A DNA stretch of 64,000 nucleotides from Camelus dromedarius (GCF_036321535.1 NC_087438.1:2544001-2608000), one strand, 5' to 3'. Positions 24,090 to 38,559 are shown, counted from the first letter of the stretch. Numbers and translations: made by a program. Notes: generated from the sequence alone by a model not told the origin.

Positions 24090-27000
24090 ACTTAAACAGC
24101 TCACTGAATGGGCTTAAGAGAACATCGGAGTCTACGTAAGAAATGGTTGTTAATTTCACATATGAAGAGTAGAGAGAAAATATACTGACAAGAAATAAAT
24201 AGATCCTGAATAGCCTATGAATTTTTTTTTCTATAATACATTTAATTTTAGACCCAGAGGGGGAGAAGTTAGGAATTGGAACAAAAACAAATAAAAAATC
24301 AATGACCAAAAATATCCCAAACTGGGTGGAAAATACCAACCTAGACAACCAAGAAATAAACATATTCCAAGAAAAATAACCACATACGGATATGGAAATG
24401 AACCTGGGGATGCAGTATTCAAACTGCTATGTACAAGAGTAAAACAAACAGCTTAAAAGCAGGGAGAGAAAAGAAAAGACACATTATCTGCAGAGGAGCA
24501 ACAAAACAAACGATGGCTGACTTGTCATCAAAAACAACGGACATCAGAGTCATACAATGAATTTTTTAAGTGCTGAAAGGAAAAGAAAAAAATACCCAGT
24601 CAAAATCTCCTTTATAAATAGGGGTAAAAGATAAGTTTTCACAGGAGCAATAGCGGAGAGATTATGGAGCCAGTGGATCTGCACTACAAAGATGCTGAGG
24701 ACATTATTTATGCCAAAGGAAAATGAAAACAGATGGAAAAGAGCACAATAAGCAGTCATTTTGTGGGTGAACATAAAAGACCATCTTTTAAAAAATATTT
24801 GAAGACAAATTGTAAGACCAAAAAAAATTCTATTTATTAATGAATGCACTTGTAAAATAAATAACATTAGTCTAAAAGACAAGAATAAAAGTTATTTTAC
24901 TTTTGAGAATTTCTTATGTTTCACTTGAATCAGCACATGTCGTCTCCATGTAGGACGTGGTAAGCTGAGAATGTACATACTAATTCCAAAAGCAATCAGA
25001 AACTATGACTATCTGTAGCTGCATATCCAACAGAGGAATTAAAATAGAGCACTTATAAATGTCACAACGATCCAAGAGAACTCAGAAATGAGAGGAAAAA
25101 TCAGATGAGACAACTAGAAAGCCAGTAGCAAGAAATAGTAGAAATAAAATAAACCGTATCAAAAATTTTATTAGAAAAAGAATGAGCATTACAACTAAAG
25201 GCAGAGGCAGTCAAATACAACTAAAAAATATCAGAGCCCAGTTGTCTGCTGTCTAAAATAATGCACTTTAAATGCAAGGGCTAAGATACCTTAAGAACAC
25301 TAAGGTTAAAATTTGAAAAAATATATATAGCTTCTAAATTGTGAGCATAAGAACGCCACTGTGGATATATTTAGTATCAGAAAAACTTAACTTGAAGGCA
25401 AAAACTATTACCAAAGGTAAAAAGGGGCATTCCACAATAGTAAATGCACCAAATTATTTTCCCGATGTAGCAGCTGTAAATACATACATGCATAACAGCA
25501 AGCTCGGGTGGACATGAAGCAAACAGTAATGGAAATATTGGAGACTATAGCTGATTTACAATCATAGATGGAAATGTAACACCCTGTGCTCAGCACGTCA
25601 TAGAATCACTGGACAAACTGCCCGTAAGTATGTAGATACTGAACAACACTGTCAGCCATCTAGCTTTGAGTGACACACTTAGGACATTGTATCCAATAAT
25701 GGCCGAATACACATTCTTCTTAAATGTACAGGAAATCATCAAGATAAATCATATATTTGGCCATAACATAATTAAAGCATTAACAATAAAATATCTACAA
25801 TGTTCTCAATAACACATTAGATGAAGAAAAAATCACAGAAAAAATTAAGAAATACTTCAAACAAAATGATAATAATAATAATACAACATATGAAAATTTG
25901 TGGGATTCAGCCAGAGCGGTGTTTAGAGGGAAATCTATATATTAAAGTGTTTATGTTAAGGAAGAAATGTTTATTATGCTTATTTTTGAAAAGATGAAAA
26001 AGTAGGTCAAAGAATGAATCATAACTAAAAAGAAGGAAGCAAATCAGAAATGTAACAGCAGAAATTATTAAAATAGGTAGCAAACATACAGAAGAATTTG
26101 ACAAAGGCAGAAGTTTTTTTGAAATTATTATTAAAATGATAAGCATTTAACAAGACAGGTAGAGACATATATAATGAATTAAAATATTATAAATTAGAGA
26201 GACTGCAGACTGTACAACTATTCAAAAGATAATACAACAAATAATTGTTGCCGATGAAATTTACAACTCAGAAAGCATAGAGATATTTCTTGTACAATAT
26301 AATTTACTGAAATGGATTCAAGAAGAAATAATCTAAATAATTCTGTATATATATGAAATTGACTATATAAACCAACATACAAAAATATCCCCCAAGTAAA
26401 ATTCCTGATTCAAATGGCTTTCTCAGAATTCTTTCAATCACTGAAGAAAGTTATAACACAAATATTTAATATTATTTTTTGTAGGGAATTGGAAAGATGG
26501 CCATTAATGTAGATTAAATAGAAAAAACAAAACTCTATTTGTAGACATTATTATAAAGATTTAAAAATCCTAAGGAATGTATATAAATGTTACTTGAACT
26601 AATGAATGAATTAAGACACTAGAATACAAGGTCAACAAACAAAAATTACTTATTTCTTTTTGTACCGGCAGTGAACATTTAGAAATAAAATTAACTATTA
26701 GTTATGAAATAAATAAGATGCAAGGATATATTGTACAGCACAGAGAATATAGCCAATATTTTATAATAAATTTAAATGGAGTATAACATAAAATATTGAA
26801 ATGCTATATTGTACACCTGAAATTAATATGATGTTGTAAATCACCTATGCTTTAATAACAAAAGATATAAAATTAACAAAGCAATACCGCTTATAACGGC
26901 TTCAAAATATGATATCCTTAGGCCTGTACACTGAAAATTTAAAAATATTATTCAGAGAAAGTAAAGAAGATCTAAATAGATAGAATGACATACCATATTC

Positions 27001-28717
27001 ATGGATCAGAAAGCTCAATATTTTTAAGATCAAAACCAATAATTTCTATGACTTTAAAATGAAAATCTCATCAGAATTTTATGGAAATTTGATTTTAAAA
27101 ATTTAATGAAAATGCAAATGACTGTTATTAGGAAACCAAACAACAAAAATAGCTTCATGAGTATAAACAGCATTGTCAGATAAATTAGTTGAAGTCTTTT
27201 TTTTTTTTTTGGTACTATGTCCTCAAATTTAATAGATTATGTGTTGTATATATAAAAAGGAAAACTCTAAAAAAAATAATACTAATAACCAGAACTTTTA
27301 AAAAATGAAGAACATAATTGGAAGACTTACACTATTTAATTTCATGACTGAGTATAAAATACTACAATCAAGTACAACCGGTATATGAATAGATGCTTGG
27401 GTTAATGAAAGAGAAAAGACAGGCCAGAAATTAACACGCACACGTATGGTCAAACGCATCAAAGTATTTCAATGAGACAAGAATCTTTTCATTAAACAAT
27501 GCTGGAGAAACTCTGTATTCCATTCACACACATGCACACACTAAACATCAATTCTTACCTAACACATCCGTATAATCTTTCCACAAAATATAGATTCACA
27601 TGCATAATCTAAATCAGTAAGTTTTCTGGTAGAAAACACAGGAAAACTGGATAAATATACATTTAAAATAAAACTCTGTCACACTGATCTTATACCTTAC
27701 ACAAAACAATAATTTGATATGGGTCATAAACCTGAACATAATCTAAAACTATAAAGCTTTTAGATTAAATATATATGATAATATTTTCACAACCTTGAGG
27801 TAGGCAAATATTTCTTAGAAAACAAAATAACTAACCATGAAAGAAAAGTAAATTGATAAATTGAACTTCATCAGATTTAAACATTTGTTTTTGTCAGAAG
27901 ATACTTTTGAAGGAATTAAATATCCAGTCACAAATATAAAATACTTACAATTCATATACTCATATTATATAACGATGTTTTATAAACCAATTGTGAAAAA
28001 CAAACAACTCAATTAAATGTAGATATATGACTCGAACATTCCCTTAACAAGAAACATAGATAAAATGTCCAATAAGCTGATAAAACCATGCTCAACATCA
28101 CAATTTATGAATGGACCTCTAGGGTATATTCAAGTACTTTGGCATAAGGTTTGGCAACTGCCAATAAAGTTAAACTCACAACTATCCTATGATCCAACAG
28201 TTCCATCCTGCTATATTTACCCAAGAGAAATCAAAGCATGTATCACCAAAGAACTCGCTCAAGTATGTTTATTTTGGCTTTATGTATAATAATCAAATAC
28301 TGGAAATAACTCAAGTAATTACCAAGAGGAGAATGGACACAGATTTGCGATACGTACGCAACACTTACAGGTCTTAGTAATGAAAAGTTAAAGCTCTTAA
28401 TACACATTTCAGTATGGATAGACCTCACAAACTTCACGCTGAGTGAAAGCAGGTGGGTATAACGGAGAACACGCCATATGTTTGCATTCACATCGCGTTT
28501 AAGGGCACACAAAGCAAATCCACGTTGACAGAAATCAGAAACGTGGTTGTCTGTGGTGTGTGTGGAGGGCGTGAGAAAAATTCCTGAGGCCGTGGAAATG
28601 CTCTAAATCTCAACTAGGGTGTGGGTTAAACGGACCTATGTATTCATAAAAACCATCTAATTGTACACTTACAAACTCCTCATTTTACTCTATGTAAATT
28701 TCACCCCGGTAAATAAA
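24090..28717 (+). mobile_element. Ancient degraded L1M element(s): ORF1, ORF2 and an L1ME/MD-like 3' end
   Basis: A-rich sense strand with ORF1-like sequence, endonuclease-region-like 'atacacattcttcttaaatgtacagg', ORF2 3' sequence and terminus 'aattgtacactta...tatgtaaatttcacccc..aataaa'; no intact ORF. Confidence 0.8.
26696..26866 (+). mobile_element. Short cetartiodactyl-type L1 3'-end insertion inside the old L1M
   Basis: 'aaggatatattgtacagcacagagaatatagccaata...tgtacacctgaaattaat'; 11-bp TSD ataaaattaac at 26685-26695 and 26867-26877. Confidence 0.8.
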
Positions 28718-28719
28718 TG

Positions 28720-29200
28720 AATTTAATTATTTCTCCATTCTTTCTGTAATCTAGAGCTGTGTACGTATCATGTCACATCTAATTCTTGTAAGATAAAATA
28801 ATTGATACATAAAATTGTAGTTTTCTATATTTCAAACTACTTTTCTTCATGCATTTTTTTACATCATCAGCCTGTAGAGCTTGGTGAGAAGTTAATCACC
28901 ATTTTATACGTACATTTTATCAATACAAATTATTTTCTTTGTATCACTTACCTTTCTGAAGTTTGAATTCTACTTTAGCATTGATATTGCCACTCTGTTT
29001 GCTAATATACTTAACTTATTTCTAATTCTTCTACTGTTTCTAGCTTTAGGCTTGTCACCTGTAAACAGATTTTAGTTGAGTTTTTTTTTTAATATGGTTA
29101 ATTATTTTGTGTTTATTTTCATAACTGATCGTTTTAATTATTACCTTCTCTTATGCTTTAGTTTTATTAGACACTACCTTCTTTGCTGTTTTGGCCTCTA
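28720..29200 (-). mobile_element. Ancient L1 fragment, antisense
   Basis: T-rich sequence resembling the antisense L1 endonuclease region ('ttgaattctactttagcattgatattgccactc', 'tcacctgtaaacag'). Confidence 0.45.
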
Positions 29201-32200
29201 GTGATTTCAAAGGTACAATTTCAACTATTAAATTAAAGGATGCCTACAAGCTAATTTTTTTTTTTTTTTTTATTACCAACATATAGAAGAGTCTCTACTG
29301 TTCCTGTAACACTTAAGATGAAAACCCCAGGGCCCCCTCTCTTGGCGACCCTACCTTCTCCCCACTCCTATTTTTTTTTTAATTTTCAGTGATTTAATAG
29401 TTGACTGAATAATTTTAATCGACACATTATATTTATATTTTAATTATTCTTTTCAAGCCTTTATTTGATGTCTATGGATTATAATTTTGAATAGGCTACA
29501 CTTCTGCTGTTGGACTTGTACTCTAAGCCTGTGTATCCTAACTTCTGGATTTTAAAATGATTAAATTAATAATACAGACGCTCTCAGTCATGCAGATTAA
29601 ATATCTAGGGCACTGAATCTATTTCTTAAATTTCATTAGATTGCTTTTGAGTAGTGGTTATGCAATTCAAATTGCATGTGGATTTTATTTTAGGAGAAAA
29701 ACAAATGTACTTACAGAAGTCACCTATTTCCAGAAATACACACTGATGTGTAGAAGTTCAGGCCTCACACACGCTCTGCACCAACACGAAGTCACAGGGC
29801 AAGCGGCCGCGTCCCTGTTGTGTCGCGTCTCCCCGACGGCGCGCGCACCCGACACACCGCAGACACGCGTCGCCGTGCGCGTGGCGCCCTGCACTGCTGG
29901 GGGCAGCGTCCTCACCAACAGGTGGACGTAAGAAGACGTTAAATAGGACACCCCTTTGGGAGAAGGGAGGTGGAATTTTACTAACAAAAATTAATAGCTT
30001 AAGAAAAATCCTCCAAATGTATGATATTTAAAAGACGACGGTTGAGGATGAACACCCTTATCTGTTCCCCTCACTTAAGCTAATAGCTTCTCAGTTACAT
30101 CAAAAATATGTAACCGGAAGCTTCAATTGGGGTCTTGCTTTTTTGCTGCTGTTTCCTTTCCATGTAGCTGTGTGGTGGTTGGTTACACCAGGAATATAAC
30201 TGTATTGTGTTCTTTGGGTCCCTCTCTTGCTTCTGGTAGAATGGGGAGGGTGGGTTCTGATTTTCTAGAAAAGAAATGACACATAAATTACATGTTTGCT
30301 AACAGAGCTAATACACTAAGTGTAGTCTTGTCTATGAGTAAAATAAATCACTGAGCATATATCATTAATAAAGACATATGAAACCTTTCACATTATGTCA
30401 AATTAGTAGAATTAAGAAGCTTGAGAGAGGGAGGGCGAGCCAATAAAACTGGAATATGCTAAGTGATCATTAGAGGTGGGTGTGATAATTGAAATTTGCT
30501 TTGCAGTAATTTCATTAAAAATTCATAACTATTCTGGCCTTTCTCTTCCTCTGTTACAGTGAGACGTTTAACCCTGTCGGGGAAGGATGCTTCGGACGTG
30601 TACACATGGTTGATGACAAAGCTGAAAGCAGGAGGCAAGTGACAAATGTCAGGAAAAGGTGTGATGAGTGTCAGCCAAAATGCTTTCTTTGGATCCTGCG
30701 TTGCTGTCTTTTCCTGAGGTGTGTGTGTCCCTACCATTCAGTTTTAAGCTCCTAGAGAAGCTATATTTTCTTACTTATAATCTCATAATCCCTTATACAG
30801 TGCCTTGTGTAATATTAAATACTTGGCAATTATCCTAGACAGATTAATGCTACAAATTATCTCACCTCTTATGATGATGTATTCATTATTCATTAAATTA
30901 CATGTGGGAGGAAAATAATTGTTATTACGTCTTCTCCTCTGAAAGTTGCTCTGGGAAATTTGAGGAGCAGACATGCCTTGTAGGAACACCCAGTATATAT
31001 CCATTTATACAGTTCCAGGGCATATTCTTCCCCAAAGCTGCCTGATGTCAACTCGTGGTCATCATCAACTCATGAATCCATCTTTCAGAACTTTAGGTTT
31101 TGCGTCTGAGAAGTGATTGATGCTTTGAATTCCTCAAAATCCTATACTTTGGGTTAGGGGAGAGGTCTGTCAAATTTAAACTGCATTTTGCTGAATGCAT
31201 TTTCCTTTGAAAAATAAGTCCTGTGGGTTTTGAGGACAATTTGGCCATGTGTTTTTAATCCATTTAAAGCCAGCTTGCTAAAATATTTATTTGTAAGAGC
31301 TTTTAGATGTCCAAGAAGGCTTAAGAATTTGATTTACCAGTCATTTGAAGCTTTTGTCTCGAGAAAGTTTGTCTCTATTTGTTGAGACAAAACCAATTAG
31401 AATCGCTCATGACTGGGATTTCCATAAAGCTTGAACTTCGAAATGTTTTGATACATTCTAAAAAGTTTAATATTCATGGTCTTTCTTACCTCAAGGCTTT
31501 AAAAGTTAGACTCTAGAGTCTTATAATCACACCATTTGCTACTAGACACCAATCTATTCAAGTCACCCAAGACACGTACCCTAATGACACTGATGTATTA
31601 AAGGAATAACAGTATAAGTACAAATCATGGGAAGTGGAGCTGCATCCATTTGTACCTTTCTTATGTGGGATCTGAAATGTGAAATTCTAGCATTCGACAG
31701 GTTGATGCCGCTTATGAAATAACACTTCATAACCCCGGTTACCCTGTTTAGCAAAGACTAAGCAATGATTTATTCGACCCAAATTTGGATTCTACTAATT
31801 CCGCTTTCAGCTTCATATGTGTTTGCACAAAGGATTTCTAGAGCAGTTGATATCTAAGGGGCATATGGATAAAAGTTGAAGAATTATATTAAATTTTGTC
31901 ACTGATCTTACTTCCTGAACATCAGTGTATAAACAAACCATCTTAGAAAGCTTCAATAAGTTGGCCCAAAAGTATCCAGTACTCCCCAAGCAAAAAATGA
32001 ATACAGAGTCCTTATGATATTTATTTAGGTTATTTTTTTTTAATCTCTACAAATTGGGAGAAAATGCGCAGAACCCTGTTGGGAAAGAATCACTGAGGCT
32101 GAGCGCCTTCAGGAGCCGCATGCAATGGGCTGGAAGAAAATTAAATTTCTCTTCAGCAACCATAGTTAGTGTAACTTTCTCAGGTCCTTAAAAAACGCCT

Positions 32201-32559
32201 TTAAGGCCGAGTATGGACTTGGCCGACTATCTTGCAACCATCTGCTGGTCTTTCAATGCTCCACCTTCATGGAAAACAGAAGCATTGACCCATGCTTTTC
32301 TTCAGCCTTTGTTCTCCCTCAGCTTTCATTGACCTCCTTGTTCTCAGAACCCTTATATTCACGCCTCTACTCATCCAACCACGGAGGGCGTTCTGACCAC
32401 AGGTACCACTTGCGTGGAGCCCACACCACACTCCGAATTCCTCTTGGTGTGTACAGTGTGTTTAGCATAGTTAGTGGCAAGAACGCTGTTCTGTCTACAC
32501 TCTTGGCAGTGGCCGGGTCAGGCCACTGAGCTCGGATCCGCATTTCAGAGCATCCTCAG

Positions 32560-33930
32560 GGACGTTATGTCATCGTCTCCTTCCATCTTGCTCAGCGACA
32601 GTTCAAATATTCATGGCGTTGTTTCCTGATTAAGAAAATGGAGACCACCAGGGTGGAGACGTTTGCCCACCCCTGTTTCCTCCCCACTGCTGACCTACAT
32701 CTGCACCAGCCTTGCCTTCCTTCCGTCAGCTTTTACCCTAGTGATCATTCCTCTGCCTGGAAACCATCCCACCTCCAGTCCTCACTCTTCACTGTGTAAC
32801 CTCTTCAGGGGGAACATTTTATTACCCGTGTCCACGTGCTCCCAGGTCGGCCTCGCCTGCATGTCTCTGTCATAAGGCTGGCATGTTGTCCCAACATTCC
32901 CAGGGTATAGATCTCTCCTCAGTGAGTACCCCCTCAAGAAGACCATGAGCTCCTGACTAAGGAGGGTTATTTCTCACTCAGCTATGTATCCCCTCAGTGC
33001 CAAGCAAGGATGGCCCCGATGCTTATATCATCATGCGATCTGAGGACAGAAACTTGGTGTTCAGTGACTGAATGAATGAAGGGTGGATTGTCCTGAGGTC
33101 AAGGGCAGATTGGTGCCCTTACAGTGGGCCATTTCACCTCAAGAGGCTTGAGCATCAGAACAGATTGCTGAACACTAATGACTGCGTCTCCAGAGTTAAA
33201 GATGCCATTTTTTAAAAACACAGTGTGTTTATTTATTTACAGCTACACCTGCTCCCTAATTACTTTTCTCCAGGTCACGTTTCTGCGTGTGGGACTGCTA
33301 ACTCTGATGACCTCCTTTGTACGACTTCAACAGAGGTCCTCCTCAGCTCGCGACATGTTTTTCTTCTTTCTAGAGCTTCTTTTTGGACCATCTGATCTAA
33401 CCTCTTGATCAGTGCTCTGCAGTTACCTCAACTTCACACCCTTAGCTTCAGATTCTTCCCTGACTGTCTACCTGCTAAATGCCTCTAACTGGATGGACAG
33501 AAAACCTCTAGCTCTCAATCCATCTAAAACACAGCATACGATCTTCTTTGTGAAACCATGCCACTCTTCCCAGTTTCCTGTCTTGGTTAATGATGTCTGA
33601 CCTTTGAAGATGACTTACTCTGCTTCTTTCTTAGATTCTACAGAAGATCCTGTGCTTTAGAAGACACAGCCCCAGCCCTCCTCCTGCTCTGGTAATTCAG
33701 ACCTGGGCGTACCCACACTTCCAGGACCTGCACTCTGCCCTCTTGCTGTTCTGGCAACCTGGGAATTCTTGTGTCTTGCCCCCACCCCCCAGCACCTGCC
33801 AGTTCTTTATACCTTCTTCCCTTTCTGCCTCAAGCTCATCCTCATCTTCTCGTGGCATAATTTTCCTTCAATATTCAGATCAAAGGCTCTATCATCCGAA
33901 AAATCTTGGACAGCTTCGCTGCACACAAAT
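32560..33930 (+). mobile_element. L2 LINE fragments (includes an L2 3' end at ~32930-33080)
   Basis: 'ctacctgctaaatgcctctaactggatg', 'cactcttcccagtttcctgtcttggttaatg', tail 'tgactgaatgaatgaa'. Confidence 0.65.
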
Positions 33931-34644
33931 GTATCCTATCCCTGCTGTGAGAAGACATCTGGCCGTTCCTTTCTAATTAATTTCACAATCGGCGGAGATG
34001 CTCTTCTGTCCTGGTTGGCACAGATATGGGACTTTCAGCACCTAACCCTGGAGAAGCTCCGGGAAAACTAGGGAGGCTGGTCACTCTGTGACGAGCTAAT
34101 CCTTTTGCCCATAAAATGCTGAGATATTGGACAGATTTTGTTTTCATTGAAATTACTACTATTGGACACCAAATTAATGTCATAGAGTGGAACGATTGCT
34201 TTAATCTACTGCCAATATCTTGCAAACAGAACTATGCCATTTATAGCATTTAATGCTATTTTAGTGTTTTATGACAGCCCTGCAAGTGATGTTCAAAAGA
34301 CTTGATATGCCTTGAGAATATTCTATGTGGTTTTCCGTTTTTCGATCAGTTTTGCTAATACTTACTGATCCCACAAGGATTCCAGAGTTCCCTTGTCCCT
34401 CTGACCAAAGAAGCACAGAATTTAGACTCCCTGACAGTCAGCAGTTCATCAGGATTTTCTCACAACCGTTTGGACCCTCACTAAATCATTTCTGTAGAAG
34501 TAGTTTAATTTTGTGAAAAAGTTCTAGCTCATGTCTAACAGAAGTGAACACACACAAAGCTGTGTGTGGCTATTGTCTCCGCCATAAAGTGACCCCAAAG
34601 GTAGCCCTCGTGAGGACGGGATGGAGAAGACGCATGAGGAGCTG

Positions 34645-34873
34645 GGGAGCCTGGTGGTTAAGGACACAGGTGTGGTTCCTGGAGACTTGGACTTGAGTTC
34701 TCGGGACCTGAGTCAGCGCCAAAACGCCTCTAAGTGGGTTATGTCACAGACAACTGTGAGCAGTGCTGTCTGTCCTATGAAGGGGGCTGTGAGGGTTAGA
34801 GTAAGTAACTACACGGGGTACCTGGCGGGACCCCTGCCCTGGGGGTGCTCAGCAAGTGGTGGCTGTTACTAGT
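34645..34873 (+). mobile_element. MIR SINE
   Basis: 'ggtggttaaggacacagg...ggctgtgagggttaga...gtgctcagcaagtggtggctgttacta'. Confidence 0.65.
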
Positions 34874-35081
34874 AACAGCCTTGTCACCTGTCACCTGATT
34901 TTCCTTAGACCTGGCGGATGTAAGGTCCTCGAAGGAAGTATGTGAATGTCTCTAGTACTCATACATATTTGGATCACTTTTTGGTTTGGACAGTTTCGCC
35001 TTACAGCTGAACTCTTCACATTTGTGTCTGTCGAGAGCACCATAACTCCCTCAACAAAACATAGTTTATCCGTACGTGACA

Positions 35082-35873
35082 TCCACTAAGAACACCGAGA
35101 GGCTGTGGAGGAAAAGGAGCCTCCTACACTGCTGGTGGGAGTATAGTTTGGTGCAGCCACTGTGGAAAACAGCATGGAGGTTCCTGAAAAAACTAAAAAT
35201 AGACTTACCATGTGATCTAGCAATCCCACTCCTGGGCGTATATCTGGAGAAAGATGTAATTTGAAAAGACACATGCACCCCAATATTCATAGTGGTACTA
35301 TTTATAATAGCCAAGATATGGAAACAACATAAATGTCCATTAACAGATGGCTGGATAAACAAGATAAACACTTCTCGGCTATGTATACATATGGCATATA
35401 TGTAAACTATATATGTATAACTCAGCCATAAAAAATGTTGTAAAGCCATTTGCAGCAACATAGATGGACCTAGAGTTTATCATATTAAGTGAAGTAAGTC
35501 AAAGAAAGACAAATATCATATGACATCACTTATATGTGGAATCTAAAAAAAATGATACCAATGCTATTTACAAACCAAAAACAGACTCCTGGACATAGAA
35601 AACAAACTATGGTTACCAAAGGGGAAAGGGCAGAGAGGGCTAAATTAAGGGTTGGGGATTAACAGATACATGTTACTATATACAAAATAGGTAAATGACA
35701 AGGACATACTGTATAGCACAGGGAACTCTATTAAATTTCTTGTAACAACATAAAATGAAAAAGAATCTGAAAAGAAAAAAAAAGTATCTATATGTAGAAC
35801 TGAATCACTTCGCTGTACATCTGAAACTAACATTGTAAATCAACTACACTTCAATAAGAAATTTTAAAAAAAG
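35082..35873 (+). mobile_element. 5'-truncated cetartiodactyl L1 (ORF2 end and 3' UTR)
   Basis: ORF 35076..35264 '[30 protein letters not shown]' is ORF2p; typical 3' UTR and A-rich tail. Confidence 0.92.
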
Positions 35874-38074
35874 AACTCTAGATTTATAAGCGTTGTACAA
35901 TCATTTTCAAATTATGCCTCTCTTAGTTTTTAATCTATGCTGTACAAATACATAGATTGAATTATATTTTTAAAAGTTATTTTAAAATGTGTAATAAAAA
36001 TTGTATCTATTTAAGAAGTACAATGTAGTGATCTGTCATATACATACGCAGCAGACACAGATTTTAGGCAATCCTATTCTGGTTAATACATAACCTCATG
36101 GCAGTCCAGCAGGTCCTCCTCTGCCGGTAAACGCCGTGTTCTGTACACATGAAGTTGTGCACGATTGGAGTTGCTTTTATAAGTCAGGGTTTAAGGACTG
36201 AGAGGGTTCTAATCTTGACCTTGTTCTATGGGTGTCAGCTGACTAAGTGGACGACCAAGCGGGCCTTTGGAGCTTCACCTTAGGAAAAGCCCCAGAAGAA
36301 AGACTGAGCCGCGTGAGTCTCCCCAGGGCCACTCCGACTTGCACCCGGCGCCAGGCGCGCTGGACCGTTGACACACGTTCAGCCGTCAGTCCTCCCCTTG
36401 GGTGGCACTTGGCCCCTATTTTCTTTGATGTTGCTCTTGAGATTCGTTTTCATGTTTCCTTTTTCTTAAGTTATTTGGCTCTTTTTTAACGGCTTGCTGT
36501 CTGAGGTGCGTCCTGTTCCTGCAAAGGGAGAATGTGGCCTTTGAGTCATCAGTTGGGAAAGCTGCTCTCCGGTCTCGCTCACTGACAGCCAGCACAGATG
36601 TGGGCTTCGTGCACCCAGAGGAGACAAGCCACCTTGTTGCCGCAGGTGAAGAAAGACCCCGTTTCTGAATAATTGGATCTCACAGCCCTAAGCAGGTTCC
36701 CGGGGACGTGCGGCACGAGAAAGGCTGTCCATGCTAGTCTCTGATGGGCCGGCTGGGCGCGAGGTGGTGCTTTCTGTGCCTGTGGCTCTGGGGGAGGGGA
36801 AGAGAGCGACAGGAGGAGAGGGAGGGCGGAGGAGGAGAGAGGAATTGCAGAAATAAAAATGAGACCTCTTGGCAAAGTAGAATAGTTTACGTATAGTCTA
36901 GAGCTGGTAATAATCTTCTAAAGTCAGGTATTTCAAGAATGTTAAGTATGTGCAATTAAATTAAAAGGAAACACATATTCAAATATTCATTTTGATGTAA
37001 GCGTTGGTTTAAAACCGGGACACGGGGGAAGATGGCGAGGACACACAGCTCACCTTGGAGGCAGCTCTCACAAGGCAGGTAACAGGTGTGAGCACATCTT
37101 CAGGGTGGGAGACCAGATGGCGTAACTGAGAGGACTCAGGAGGGGAATTTGGGGAAGAACTAATGGTTGCTCAGGTGGGTGGCCTTGAAAGTTGCGTTTA
37201 CATGGCTGAACAACGATGAAAAAATTGCCCCTTCGGTCAGTGGAGATCCGGCCCCCTTGGGCCTCGGACGCTTCACGTCGGGAGATGCCCTTGCACTCCT
37301 GGCTCTTTCTGTAAAGACTGTGTTCCAGGCTGTACGTAGGACACATTGTGCTCCCAGGGGGAGGAAAGGTCAAGGCCGTTTAGAGTGTCTGGTTCCCAAG
37401 GGGCTGTTGGCAGTGGCGTCCAAGTGTATGACGTAGCTTGAGCTGCTGACATCGTAACTAGTCTGGTCAGGGAGTCCTATGTCCCCATTACTTTAAGACA
37501 CATGAAGCCATGTATCCACACATCCAAAGTCGTTTTGAGGACGCACTCTGCCCTCTTCACACAGCATGTAGTCTACTGAATAGTAGCCTTCTTGCTCTGG
37601 GGGAGCTTAGATAGATGCGGATACTGGGGACACAAATGTGAGGCGGCAAAGGACACAGCATCGCCTGATTCAGAACACGTGCTTCTGTCCTGCTGAGCGT
37701 TTCAGTCCCCTCCCCTCCACCTTCTCTCTCTCTGTCCCTCCCTGGTGGGAGTGCCCCGGGCTCTGCAGGGCGCCAGCGGGCGGGGAAAGTGTGCCCTGGG
37801 GTGGCAGTGCTTCTGGGAGCTTTGTCCCTGACTCACAGGTCTGAGGGCCCCCACGGAGGCCCCAGGCAGGGCTTTCAGCCTTACTGGTGCTTCTGCCCCC
37901 ACCCCCTCCACCTCGGCTTTTTTTTTTTTTTTTCCTTTGTCTTAGTGGTGACATAGTGTAATTTTGTTTTCCCTTCCAAGGGTCCCATGAAAAGCAAGTG
38001 GCAGGTCACACCTGAAAACAGTTAGGGGCAGATTTGGGGAGAATCCAAGTGGACAGAGAATCTGGGCTGATCCA

Positions 38075-38228
38075 CGGGCATCGTGACCTTCACATGGAAG
38101 CATCTGAGCTGCAGACGGTGACCTCCTAAGGCTATTCTGTGCATTAATTCAGATCAGATAATTTAAGACCTCGGTACAGTGCCTGGTACAAAATAAATGC
38201 TCAGTAATCGCTAACTGGTAGTACTGTC
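38075..38228 (+). mobile_element. MIR SINE fragment
   Basis: 'tacagtgcctggtacaaaataaatgctcagtaa' matches the MIR 3' end. Confidence 0.6.
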
Positions 38229-38559
38229 TTTATTTAGCCTGTGTGATTTCCTTATCTCCAAACACACTAAAATTATTGCCGTTGACACAGCTGCTGGGTA
38301 AGGGAATCAACCACGATCATATTTGAAAAACAGAAAAAAAAGATTTCAACACACAATTGCTTTTCTTCTTAAGTTTATCCCGAAGTTGCTTTTCCACGCT
38401 AAAAGTCCCCTTAGGACGTTTAAAAAAAATGTTCCCTTACTTTTAAAAATGATACGTTTTCACTGTGGGAAATACTTTCAAACCTGGTTCTTACTTTTTT
38501 TCCTACTGAAAAACCTACTGATTGTCTCTAGTTAGGCCTGGTTATGGGAATTTCTTGAA

